DNA of 64,000 nucleotides from Dimorphilus gyrociliatus (Eukaryota > Animalia > Annelida), in NCBI GenBank assembly GCA_904063045.1, contig CAJFCJ010000006.1, forward strand, positions 682,001 to 746,000. Direction: 5' to 3'. Shown piece by piece: positions 37,366 through 56,300 of this stretch. Position numbers and translations under genes: made by a program. The first letter of the stretch is position 1, and every line of letters starts with the position of its first letter. The notes beneath the pieces were generated by a model. The model ran no database searches. It was not told the DNA's origin and was given only the letters and a program-made list of their open reading frames with translations.

Positions 37366-38782
37366 TAATCTGTTAGAGACTGAAAAAACCTTTTCTCGAT
37401 CGTATGTTTGCCCCAGTCGCTTAAATAATGGATATTTATTCATCACAATAGCGGCTCTATAAACATTCGATCTATTTTTTTGAGTTGTTTCACATTTTAA
37501 TAGAATTTTGATGTTTTTCTATTTATTCAATCACTTGTTTTTTTGATTCGTTGACGTAACTTTCCTGATTGAAACAATATGATCAATAATAAGAGAAACT
37601 ATACTGTCAATAATTAAATTTGTATCATTTAGTTAAGAAATTCATTATTCTCTATTCTATTCAATTTCGTTCCAAAAAAACAATTTTACTTAAATTTCCG
37701 TTTCTAATTAGAGAGTGTGCTATTCTTTTTATTAGCCTGTTAGAGTTATAACTACTGGGGTCGTTTAATTAATTAAAGTTATTCTTGCGAGGAACGCGGA
37801 ACAGTGCTGTTAGAAGCCAATAATGAAATATTTACATAATTCCACAATATGCAAACATTAAAAAAAACGCTGAATGAGTTTGTTTTATGTGCGAATTTTA
37901 GCGGTTAGTCGAAAAAGCTATATAACTATAATTTATAAAGTGTCGAATTGATATCGTTATTAATATTTTATATTAGTGCTCAAAATATGACTAGTTGCAA
38001 ATGTGGAAAGAGAATTAAATAGCAGTCTATAATGTCGAACATTGACTATAGTATACCCAATTTATACTGTATATATACTGTATGTTATATATGTATACAT
38101 TTATTTATATTATTCTATGGGTATTTTGTTCCTAAGTAAGAAAATATCAATATATTCACAAAATATTTCTTTCATGAACACATTTTAACACATTCTCTCT
38201 TGATCAGAGTATTTAGCTGTTAAAAATCTCTTATATTGAAGTTACCGAACATTTCCTTTAGTGGTCTATAAACTTGATGAAAATATAGCATGTTGTAGAA
38301 GTAGAGTTGTATCTTCTCATCCATTTTAAATGGTACTCTTTTATAGCTTATTATTTGTGAAGAAGAATAGACTAAACTTACAACAGTTAGATCTAACTCA
38401 ACCGAATAGGGTGGATTGAAAGTTATTCAAAACATAATGAGGAGTTGCTCAAAAGATATTAGAAATATTTTGAAACGCGAATAATAATAAACGGAAATAG
38501 TCTACGACAGAGTATTAGAAAACGAGAAGGATGGGATTATGTGAATCACAGTAGTCTTTTTGATAAAGCTTACTGAAAAAATAATTGTTCCTAGATATCA
38601 AATATGAGATTCACTCGATTTTCGAAAAATAATATCAGTAAAACTTGATAAAAGGTTATAAAAATCTTGTAATCTGTTATGTCACATCAGCTAAATGTAT
38701 ATATATATATATTAGATATTGTATTAGTATGTTGCCAGATTCAAAATTTGACAGACTGCAGAAAAACTACCTGACACTAAAA

Positions 38783-39826
38783 ATGTTAAAGCTGATCAAA
38801 TATCTTGTTCTCATAATTGTATTTGAAATCTTACTCTTAGTGGAGTCGCAAAAGATGAATGATCCTATACAAGGTATTTTACATTCTCTTTTTACTAATC
38901 TGGCGGTTCTGTGTTACATAGTACAAAAAATGATATTGATAGCCCTACTTTAATTTGCGTGATGGTGCATTTGAATTCATTAATCTTATTCCCCAGATTA
39001 CGCCAAACCTGATTGTAGGCGAAGTAGCTTAGTTTTAGTTGTTTTTTGCCAATTTACAGCTTGTAACAAAGATACATGATGCATAAATTTAAGTGTGAGG
39101 CTTTCAAAAACTATTAGATTTTTTAACCCAAAATCATGATCAAACTGAAAAAAGTAAAGTGGGAATTCTTTCAGAATCCTTTGAAAATATGTTTATTAGA
39201 TCTGAAAGAATAAAAGCAAAATTCGTGAGAAGTGGATTGATGCTATCGTTGACTCAGTCTTGTATCTTTTTTATTACTTAATCACGAAAAGCACCTCATC
39301 TGCATTGTTGCTACAACAGAATAATAGATACAATCATTTTATGCTACTTAAAAATCTAAACTTTAAAATATTACTTGTAATAAAAAATATTCTAATGATT
39401 TATTAGGGTTTTCAAAAACTTTGACACTCCTTTTGAAAATAATTGGTGAATTTAATATTTGACATTTATATACTTAAACCTTTAAACTCTCTCTCACCCA
39501 TTACTAATTGAAATTTTTCGGATAAATCATTTATAGGATCAATATTCGAAAGAGCAGAGTCGGATTGTTATAAAGTGATTCGTTAATTATAAGCAATTGT
39601 TTGTTTATCAGGTTTCTTGCAATATGAATTCTTCGACGAGGAGAACGACGGTAGTGGAATTGACACTTCAACAGCCTTAAGCCCAACAGAATCAAGTTCT
39701 GGTTTAAGTGGTGGAGCGATTGCTGGAATTGCTGTGGGATCGGTTGCCGCTGTTGGTGCAGTCGGAGGAATAGGAGGCTATTTTTGGTATAAGATAAAGA
39801 AAAACAATGTTACTCCTCTAATATAA
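38783..39826 (+). CDS. Small type I membrane protein with acidic DGSG site (mini-proteoglycan-like)
   Basis: Signal-peptide exon 38783-38873 (phase 1) joins exon 39612-39826: GFLQYEFFDEENDGSGID...LSGGAIAGIAVGSVAAVGAVGGIGGYFWYKIKKNNVTPLI. Confidence 0.7.
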
Positions 39827-40186
39827 GCTTTCAGCTATACTTTATACAAAATCGAAGAACATCTCAAGTATTCATTGAATGCATATTTATTGATAACAAA
39901 AATTTAGATAACTTTAAAGTACAATTAAAATTTCATTATTGAAATAATGTAATTTTATATTGAGCAGTTCAGTTTCGCTCACATTTCTTTCTTTATATAA
40001 TCAATTTCTCGTTCATATTCAATTTTTTTACGAGATAATAGTCGTTAACTATTTCTATTTGTCAATGTGAATAGTTACTACTCTTCAGATACGTTGTAGT
40101 ATCATTAATGATAAGATGGATTTTCATATAATCAGTATAATCAGGTCACTAAAACAGAGTACAGCATTTAAGTTTAGGGTTATATA

Positions 40187-41493
40187 TCAAGCAAACGCTC
40201 CTATTTTTTTATTCAAAGCCGACATCCAGCTTTCTCTTTCTTCCTGATAGCATAAAATATCACACTTAAGTTATAGTCAAAACATATTTAGAAATTTAAA
40301 AACTTGCTTTATTTGTTAAACTGAATCGAAATTCCTTTTTATTTGCTTTAAGAGTAAAACTAAGTTGATCTTCATGTCGGAAAAGAGTAATTGGGTTAGT
40401 CTTGTCAGCACCAACCAAATGTATCTCACTTTTTGGAAAAGCTGATAGCCTGTCCTCAAAATAAAGAAGACTTTTGTGATCTAAAACTAACCAGTAATAT
40501 ATTGAATATGTTTCATCAACTGTTTTTATTTTAGCATATCCCTCTTTGTAGAAATTCATAATCATTCTGTTCAACAATTGCGCCTCTGATTCGAAAGTGA
40601 AAATGAGTTCTGCCCTCTCAAACTTCAAGCGTCTAATCATATTATACCATTCCATCAGATCTTCACCCTTACTAGAATAAACAAATATATTTCTCCAAGT
40701 GTTATGCATTCTAAAAAATAGTTGCATTCCATTAGGGTGGTTAATTTTTTCCGGGCACAAGACTACTTTTAATTTATCATCTTCCAAGTGAATTGAAAAT
40801 TTTTTGTTCTATTTTAAAATATATTTTTTACTTCAAGAAATTAGTTGCAGAAATGTTAAATACTTACATCTTTCTGTTTAAAGTATGAAAGAGTCGAGGA
40901 TGATGCTTCAAGAACAAAAGTTTTTGGTTTAAAGTCTTTAAACGATTTTCGTTTTTTCAATAAGATTCCTTTCTTGTTTGGAGATTTAAAGTCGGAGTTT
41001 AATTGAAAACCTAGGCTAAACTCTCGGCGATAATATTTAGCTAGAATCCATTGTTCTTTTTGCACTCTGAAACAATTTAGCAAATTCGTAAATAAGAGGA
41101 TAGGTAACGATATTAATGTACAAATGTTAACTAACAACGGTGAATTTTTTTTGGGTCTCTCGTAATAAACTGGGACAAATTTTTCGAATTGCTCATGTGC
41201 TTTAACGTTTCCATTGTTTTTTAAGAAATTAAATTCCGTGCTATTGAATGAGCAATCGTCAATTTTCTGAATATTTGGTAGAATATCATCGAATCGCTTA
41301 TGAATGTCTGCACAAGCCGGGCAAATAAAAACTCCAAATGTCAATGAGCAATGCGTTTTTATTCCAGCTACAGGTATTTTTATAATCAATTATTCATATA
41401 TTTATTAATTTTATCACCTGTATCACCACAATCAGCGCAGTTTATATTACAGGGGAGAAATGTTAACTCCTTCACTTTTTTTCTAAAATTCAT
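40187..41493 (-). CDS. ADAP/centaurin-alpha-like ArfGAP with dual PH domains, divergent
   Basis: NINCADC...FGVFICPAC, EQWILAKYYRREF, CPEKINHPNGMQL, RNIFVY, EWYNMIR, NFYKEGY, LLYFEDRLSAFPKSEI. Confidence 0.88.
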
Positions 41494-41877
41494 TTTCTTT
41501 CTAGGCGGGATTGGATAAGAAATAAATATTTAGGCTGTATAAAAAGCTATGAAAGCTTCCTACTCTGATGACTGAGAATCATATTGAAAAGAATTTCAAA
41601 TAATGGCCGATCAATCTTAAAGTTTAAATAGAGAATGCAGTAACCAGCGCATTTTAGTTATTTTTTCTGAAGCATGACTTTCTGTAGAAAAATTTATATT
41701 TTTATTTAATAAACCCGTTTATTAAATGAGAAATATGACAAAATAATAAAATTAAAACATAAAATCATAAATTGAAATAGTCCAATTCAAACTATTACTA
41801 TCTGCTAAACTTAATAATGCATTAATATTTCAGAGAATCAAGAATTTTGAGTTATAACTGTTCTTGAGTTGTAAGAT

Positions 41878-42954
41878 CTATGGTTCATATGGCGGTGGAC
41901 TCTCATACGGTGGTGGTTGTACATCCGAAAAAATTGGTGGACCCAACTCATTTTCAAAAATTCTTCTTGGTGTTCGATAGAACTTTCTTAAATATAAAAT
42001 ATTTGCTGCTGTGGAAAAAATAGAACATCCTCCAGCGGCTGAGATGAGATAAAAGGAAATATCAAATCGTATCTGGTAAAAATTTAATACTAGTTAATTG
42101 AGGTCCACAATTATAAGAACTATTTTGATTAACAAACCATCACTTGGTTTCCTCCACTACTTTTAAGATTTCTTTGAAATTTATGAAGACTTTCCGCTAC
42201 ATGATAGCAAAGTCCACATATAACAACTATTGTTACAGCTGAGAGGATATGTAACACTTTTAGTATGTTTCATATAATATTAAAATTATAGATATTTTTG
42301 AAAAGAATATTTTGCATATTTCTCAACTAACCTGAGAATATACTAAACATCCCATTTCTGCGAGCAAACCTGAAACCCTTATCAGCTGGGCTTATCAAAT
42401 CAAGAGAAAATTGTATCAAACTAAACAGGAATGCTAAAATGCATAAAGTCAATATGGCCTTCATAGCTTTGACTATTGGTTTAGTTACGCAGTTAATTAA
42501 TAGTTCTGAATTTCGATTGCCATATCTGTAAATTGTCGATATTTCTTTGTTATAAGGCTTCAAAAATGATCCATCATAAAAAAATTGCTGAGCACCAAGA
42601 TGCAATAGCTCTTTATGATCGAAGTATTTACATTCTCCTCCAGTTATGTGAAACCAGTTCGGTTCAGCTATAGCTGCGCAGAGAACTACCATTGTTAGCA
42701 TGCTAAATATTGCTGTAAAACACTTGCATTGATTACAATTTTATTTTAGCTTGGATTTTATTGTAGATACCTGCACCAAAGTTTCTTTCCTTTTGTTTAC
42801 ATGTGCAGAATCCCCTAAAAAGTCTTGAAAAAAAATTTGTTCGCTGCCTCTCAACTGAGAAAAGATTTCGCTCCTGAGAAAAGTGAGTGGGGTGTAGAAT
42901 AGGAACATCCGAATCAGAGTCTTCATGATAAACCAGTAGATCTGTATCCGACAT
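41878..42954 (-). CDS. TMEM127: Transmembrane protein 127
   Basis: ERNFGAA, CAAIAEPNWFHITGGEC, NCV, LDLISP, SFYLISAAGGCSIFSTAANIL, and a C-terminal PPPY/PPY motif. Confidence 0.92.
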
Positions 42955-43518
42955 TTCTTTCAAATGACACCTCTTACATGGGACGAAGAATCAAATATGT
43001 TTTTTTTTCAGAATCTCAATTTGAAAGGATTTCGCAAAAATATTATTTACAATATTAACTTCCGGGAATAGGTAGTACTAAATCGTGCTAGGCAGGTGTA
43101 ATACTGCTGTTGATACTGATATTTTCTCCATTAAAAGTACAGAATAATTTTAAAACATTATCTCTTTATGTATGATAGACTTTTTATCTGTATATAAGAC
43201 ATACATATATACTCTTGAAATGAAATACTTATTCAATAGATCATAATATCATCTTAAAAATTAATTATATATTACCGGTTGATCGCGTCACACTACCTGC
43301 AGCTTCTAGGTAGTATCACATACTAAACAATTCCTTTCTCAAACAATCTAAGAATTTAAATTCTTAGTAAGAAATCGAAAAACAGAATCATAATTTGTAA
43401 AAAAGTAATAAATACTATTAACTTAAAATGAATAACTTATTTTAACTACTTAAAAATATATAATTCTTCTTTTTTCTTTTAAAAATGTGATAAAGGCAAA
43501 GTTTCGTATGTTACTTAA

Positions 43519-49229
<5,711 letters not shown>

Positions 49230-49536
49230 ACCTTTACACATATATGTTTATTGAATTGTGCTTTTTTTATTGAAATTGTTTTTTGAATTGTTTCCAAGTT
49301 TTTTCTACTACAATAATAAAGTTTTCTTAAACTTCATATAAAAAAATACAATTTTTTTCTTAAAAAGAATTGAAAATTCCGCCAACTAAAATATAGAAAA
49401 TATTAGGTGAATTTAACCATAAAATAAAAGTAATCTTTTATTGTTAAATATATTGAATATTTCATAACGCTTTGCCAAAAGACGAAGTTAGTTATAGAGC
49501 TTCACTCCTAGCAGTATATAGATATACCTAAAAGAA

Positions 49537-50186
49537 ATGGCGGCGTCCATATGGAAATGCTTTTCTGGTATTTTTCAAAGATGTTCACCTCAGTCATTAT
49601 TAATTGCACTTATTTTATATTTGTCAGGTTTTAAGAATATATTAGGAACAACATCATCAATTTTTCAACGTGCGTCTTTTAGTTCTTCTATTTTGGGCAA
49701 TTTCTCCAATAACTTCTCGTTGTTGTAGGTTAAACCATTAAATTTTATTAACTTACTAAGAACTTGGTATTGTCATACAGAAACTCACAAGCCATAAGAA
49801 ATTGTTTACCCGCTCCAGTTCAATTAGAACAAAAGCGATTTCGTAATGGTCCTCGATATATTATTAATCATCTTGGGAAGACCACCAATGCCGATGATGT
49901 AACGGATCGCTTCTACCGATTAAACAATGGAATGTGGATAAGAGCAAGAGCTGGAAGGTATCGATATTTATGGAGAAGGAGGACAAAAAGAAAATTACGA
50001 TTGCTTGAGCATGTTTTCTTAACTAGAGGTCAATGCTGGAAATTAGATAAAATGGTTACCACTAAATATAAAAGAAAGAAGTATTATCCAGACGATCCAT
50101 ACGAATATTATCATAAAGATCATCTTATAAGAGGACGACAATACTTTAAACCTCCTTTTTTACCTCTGAATTTAGAAAATAAGTAA
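49537..50186 (+). CDS. MRPL35: Mitochondrial ribosomal protein L35
   Basis: DVTDRFYRLNNGMWIRARAG, LDKMVT, YYPDDPYEYYH, with an N-terminal presequence. Confidence 0.92.
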
Positions 50187-50361
50187 TTTTTGTTTGAAAA
50201 ATAAAAATACGAAGGCTATCTTTAATTGCTTTTGGTGTGTACTCATTTGTTCAAATAATTGCCACAAAAATAATTCTTTAAGAAAGCATTAAAATTTGCT
50301 ATTTATTAATAATATATTATATAAAAGCTATGGAACAAAGCAGTTTTTGGCATGAATCTAT

Positions 50362-50992
50362 TTAACTTTTTGATGAACTAGGAACAAGCCGAATGGTTGA
50401 AACGTTCGAGTTATTATTTCCTCGTTGCATGACAGATAGAGAGCCAGGAGGGACGATCCTTTGCAATGTAGGCTGGACCATTCGAACTTTCTTTTCACTT
50501 TTCAATTTAAAATTTGGTGCTGTCAGACAAAATCTGTCTGGAGGCAATTTCAATCCTGTGTATGCTTTTATAACCGGTAGCGGTTGACTATTTTTCTGTT
50601 TAGCTACAGTCAATAGGAGCTGCAGGAAAACGATAATTTTTACAAAAGTTTAAAAATTAAAAGAATAATATACATCACGCGGCGGGGGTTGAGAAAAACT
50701 ATAATCCATTCGAGTTTGAACAGCTAACTTTACATCTTCAGTATCAATCGTCTTTTTTCCGGCATGGTTAGAAAAAGCCTTGGCGTCATCTAAGACATCG
50801 CTGACGTATTCTAAATTTCAATTTTCAAAATTACTATTATTAAGCCGAATACAAAAGTATAAACTTACTGTAAGAGAATTCTAGCATTATATTCACCAAT
50901 CTCGGTTCATAATCTTTAACACCCATTTCTTGTAGGATCGCCTGCATGACGAGGGCATCTCTCGGCAAGTCTTTCTTCACATTTGACGCCAT
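50362..50992 (-). CDS. TAF9: TFIID subunit 9
   Basis: [61 protein letters not shown]...[13 protein letters not shown]. Confidence 0.97.
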
Positions 50993-51322
50993 AATCCTAT
51001 ATATTTTTCAAAGCGTCACTTCAGGCTGTCTGCAATAAATTCCACATTCAGCCAGTCAAAAGGATCAAAAATAGTTCCTGTTTTAAGGACAGAGTCCAGT
51101 TTCGGCCTTCAACAGCTATCTGATTAATTTCTGCTATGTAAGAGATTAGGATTATATCCAATTAAATTAATGAATTTTGAAAATTAACATGAATATTAAT
51201 AAAGTGGGAATGTTTAAAAATTTTTTTATGGAAAGTTACTTATATCGAGCGATAATATAAGGTTATAGTTAACAATTTTGAAATTTTTTAAGGCACGAAA
51301 TAAAATAACAACAAAATATAAT

Positions 51323-53139
51323 ATGGAAACGGATACCAATGTGTCGAAAATTCTCACCCGAAGATCTAGGAGAAATACTGGGAAATGTGTTAATTATTTT
51401 CCTTATGAAAAAGACTCGGGGACTCAAAAAGACAAAGTATTATCTCCTCCAGCGAAAAAACGTAAACACAAAAAGTCTGCTAATAATCAAAAGGACAATT
51501 ATGGCGTATCAGAGAATTCCGTTGTGAATAATAATAATACTATTGATACTGATGTACGAATAGCTACACTTTTAAATCATGGTTTGTATACTCAAATTTT
51601 AAGCCAAATTGAGTTGATCTAATGAAGATCAATTGATACTTATTTTGATTGTGGCTAACTTTTCAGGTCACACGTGCTACGCTAATTGTGTTTTACAAGT
51701 TCTTAGATATACTCCTTTGTTCGTGAAGTATGCAAGAAAATTATGGACCAAAATTACAATTGTTTGTTATGAGCTAACTAAGCAGGGATTGCTGGTATAA
51801 GATCAAGTAGTAATTATTGTAAAATAATGGTTTATTATGTTATTCAGGCCAATGATGTTTCTCTAAAACCCTGGGTCTTTCTTAAACATTTGATAAATTT
51901 TATCGAGGAGATGATTCAAACTGAAGAAGAATCAAGTCCTGACTGTTCTTCTCACTACGACTCTCGAGGGGAAAGAAAAAGGTCCCATCCTTTAGTTTGC
52001 TGTCCTCATGTTTTATTTAGCATAACCAGGTTCGATATAAAATTTTTTGAAGCAAAATTACAATATTTTCTATCTCAGCCAACTATTTCCCGGCTTTGCT
52101 GAAATAAATACTGATCAAGATGCACGCGAATTCCTTGATTTTACACTCGAAAGGTTTCAAGAATCTCATGAAATATTACAAAGTCTTTTACTTCACGATG
52201 GTCCAAATCGAAGGCAGAATATACAAGATTCATTACAAAATCACATTCATCGAGTTACTTTTTCGGAAGAAGCCATAACAGAAAACGACAAGGACCCATG
52301 CTTTCATTGTAAGATGCCTCGAAATAACATGACAGAACTAGTCAAATCCACTTTGATGAACTTTGGAAAAGAGGTATCTGATGATTTCAAGACAGAAAAT
52401 ATTGCAGACATTCGCAAAAGATTTGAAATTCGAAAGTGTGAAGATTGGGTTTGCGATTCATGTCATAATACAATAAAACGACCTACTACGATTTTCGAAC
52501 TATCGATAATTTTCCCACCTGATGACTCGGATGTCAAGTCTCTTAGCTTGAATGATATTATTAAACGAAGTTCAGATAACCAAGAATTGGAAAGTTTAGC
52601 CCAAAAGTGGCTGTTAGGTAGGGCAAGATCAAAAAGGGAAAAAGTAGATGATTATAATTGTGGCAAATGTGGAAGCAAAAATATGTGGCGTAATGATAGA
52701 TACGTTTCTCTTCCACCCATCCTTGTGGTCTATCTTACAAGATTCAAGCAAAATGATAAAGGTGATTGGGTCAAAATAAGAAAGTTGAGGCCTACACCTT
52801 TCAGACTGCCTTGTCTTTTGGATTCTTGTGGAGCGTGCACGGATCCACTTCACATGTAAATTTCAAATTTGACAATCATTATTAGTTACTTTATTTCTTT
52901 CCTCTAGATATGAACTATATGCTGTAATTATTCATACTGGTGACAGCATTGATAGTGGTCATTTTACTGCAGTTGTAGATGCAACCTTATCCCCCCATGC
53001 GCATCGAGATGGATGGCTAAAACTTGACGACATGAAAGTAGAAGTAAAAGAAGTCGATAAATTCATTAATAGTGATCTCTCTGGGCGATTTTCAAAGACC
53101 CCTTACATGCTCTTCTATAGGCGATTGGGAGATTGTTAA
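51323..53139 (+). CDS. Ubiquitin-specific protease (USP family, divergent; loosely USP1-like)
   Basis: Cys box LLNHGHTCYANCVLQVL, QDAREFL, LPPILVVYLTRF, His box YELYAVIIHTG...SGHFTA...LDD, PYMLFY. NLS PPAKKRK. Confidence 0.88.
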
Positions 53140-53349
53140 GGTTGAAGAGTGCTATATAATAAAAATCAACCCGTATCTGATACACGAATATCTTCAAAGT
53201 TCGTAAACGGTTGTGTTTCATAAAGTTAATCATAGCTCTTCTCATAATTTAGAGTATAAACAACATTTTGTATGAATACATAATCAAAATATATACAAAG
53301 TGTTCACTAAAAAAATGTTCATTAAAAAGTTCTAATCATAAAATTACAA

Positions 53350-56300
53350 TCAGCAAAGCGATTCTTGACTCTTATTTAAATTTGGGCGAGGTTTCTTGTT
53401 TGGTTTCGGATGCAGAGGTGGCGGCCTACTATTCAATAACGGCTCCTCCTGAGACTTCCCGTTGCCAAATTTTGTTGGATACGGCTTTGGGGCAGCTTCA
53501 GGTTGCGCTTCTGTTTTGAGATCTGGTCGACTTCGAGGAACTGGTCTAACTGAATATTCGGATGATGCTTCACTTGGAGGTGGTTTTGACCAAACAGGGG
53601 TGTTGTTGATGAGGGGAGGTCGAGGTTTACGTTGTTGAATGGGTGAATTATTGTTTTGTTGATTTGCTGCCTCTTTTCTCTTCGTTGTTGGAGATATCTC
53701 GACAGATGTAAAAGTGGTATCACCGGCAGTATCATATTCACTATAACTATGGAGGTTTGGTTTTAAGGAGATTTCGTGTTTTGGATCTACTACTGGAACA
53801 ACCTTGATTACATCACTACCAGCAATATCAGCCTCTTTTTGCCTATAAAATGAAACTAATGTGTAACTGCATACAAGAATTCAGTATTCTAATAAGTACT
53901 CATCGAAAGGCTTTTCTTTCATTTTTCTCCTACAAAGGCAAAATATTACAATAGCCAGAATGATACCAAGAATAAGAACAACTCCAACTGGAACAGAAAT
54001 AGCGATAGCAAGAGCTGTTTTTTGAGCTTCCGCTTCTTCTTCAACTATATAATATCAACGTATATATTAGAATATATATTTGCTTCAAAGGAATATTCTG
54101 CAACTTATCAAAAAACTACTTACTTTTACATTCAGTTGTGACAGAAGGAGACCATCTTGCTTCACCATTTACTTCTTCACAAGTATACTCATCTCTGCCA
54201 TCTAATTTATACCCGGATCGACATCCCTTTATTATTACTCTACTTCCAACATAATATCTAATGGGACTCTCTTTTATGGCCATTGGAATTGCTAACCAAC
54301 TACAGTATTTTGGAGCCGAATTTGCTAATGACCTAATTTCTTCAACTCGTTTCTGTGTATAAATTATCTTTAATACATCTAGGAGAGCTTGATAAGAAAA
54401 ATTAATTTACCTGAGATCTCAGAGTAATTTGAGCAAGAGCTTCATTTCTAGTAATAGCATAGTCAAATTTACATTCAAAATCATTACCGCAGATATCAGA
54501 GGCGTCCGGTGCGCCTGTAGGTATTTCAAACGAAGGGGTGAAATTACCCCTTTTATAATAATTCCAATTTTTTTGCATTCTATATTGAAATAATGTTTGG
54601 GCATCAGTAATTTGCCAAGTTAAACCAAACTTGAAGTGTATTTGCTGTCTGTTGTTTGAATTTACAGGTCCACCTTGATTTTGAGGCATTAAATCATTTG
54701 AAGGATCATTGTCCCATTTACCCAATAAACCTTGTATTTTATTTCTCAATTTTTCGGGTGCACTAACGACTAAACTTAACAGTCCTGGCTGAAAGTATGA
54801 AACTTGTAAACCAACTCCAGAGACAGTATATACAGTAAGATTGTTTTGGGATTCAGACTCTCGGTCAAAATTTATGATTGAAACTCCAGAAAAATCTTGC
54901 CACCACAAGTGGTCTTTAACAAAGCTCCTTTCCACACCATCAACATATACTTGTAACTTTTTACGACTCTTTTCAGGATTAACTCCAATATGAATCTGCG
55001 ATCCTCCACCGTCTTTTAAAGCAATGGCTGTTACACCAGATGCATTAAAATAACTTTCATCATCTACAAAGATTAAATAAATATAAATAAATAACGCTCT
55101 AGAATTTGCAACATTTTACAAACCCGATCCTTGCACGTGCAATCTTTCGAGTCTAGCTTGTAACTCAATCTGATTGCTACTTGAGTCCACTGTTTTAATG
55201 AGCCAAAACTCGCCATTACCATTAAAAGTATATTCAACGTCTTCCCATGTCAAAAAATGAGGATCACCATATACAGCAGACGTCTGGGGAGGTTTATAGT
55301 TTTTGCAATCCGCTGTTGGTCTTGATTTCATGTATGTGTCAAAGCATAACCCATCGTTATTTGCATAAACGCAGCATAAATAGTATGGAGCTATTTCATT
55401 GAAAGCATGACTCAAAGTTGGAATATATGGAGGTTCACCATATGGCTCTTTACCAGATTCATGAGCTCTGTCTGAGGTACTACCAGAGAGAGAATCTCCG
55501 GAGTATAATAGTTCTCCATCTTGTCCATAACAGCAATGGCTTCCCGCTCCGGATTTTCTAAAATCGTGTACATATTTATAGTATAGTAAAATAGTTCACT
55601 ATTAATACCAACGTGCTCTGAGTTGATCGGACACAGTGAACAGCTTCAGTATGCCTAGCACAATTTTCTGGAAACTTATTGTTTTCTTGGCAGTAGGGAT
55701 CTGGCTGAAATCTGCCAAAATCTGCCTTTGCTTGTTGTATAGTACAAGGGCAAGGCTGACATAAGAAAATTATGAAATAAACTATTTATGTAAGATGAAA
55801 AACAATATTTACGTCCAGCTCAGTACGCCAGGTACGATCTCTAATATCCTTTGAGTGCCAGGCCTGACATTTAGATTTGGCCCAATCGCTACCCCTGTCT
55901 GATTTCGAAAAAGTTTTTATAAACCATCCCAAAGGAATAAAATGACTCCACATTCGTCTATAAATGGAGAAAAAATTTTATAATAAATTATTAGAAGTTA
56001 TGAGAATATTATAAATGTAGTATAGTTAATTTATACACGTACAGAGGGTTATTAACATCTGTGCTGCTTCTCCATACTGTGAAAGCTCCTATATCAAATA
56101 GTCTACAAGGATTATTGACATTTTCAATGTTTTTACATTGATGATCGTCCACTGAAAAGGAAAATTTTCCTGTATTCTTTATATCATTAGCCAAAGTATG
56201 TATTTTTTTTAGTTCATAACTTGAACCATCCTCTCTGTAACCCATTAAAACTATTTTTATAGTTTGATCTTTAAAGCCGGGAGCATCTTTGTCCCATTCA

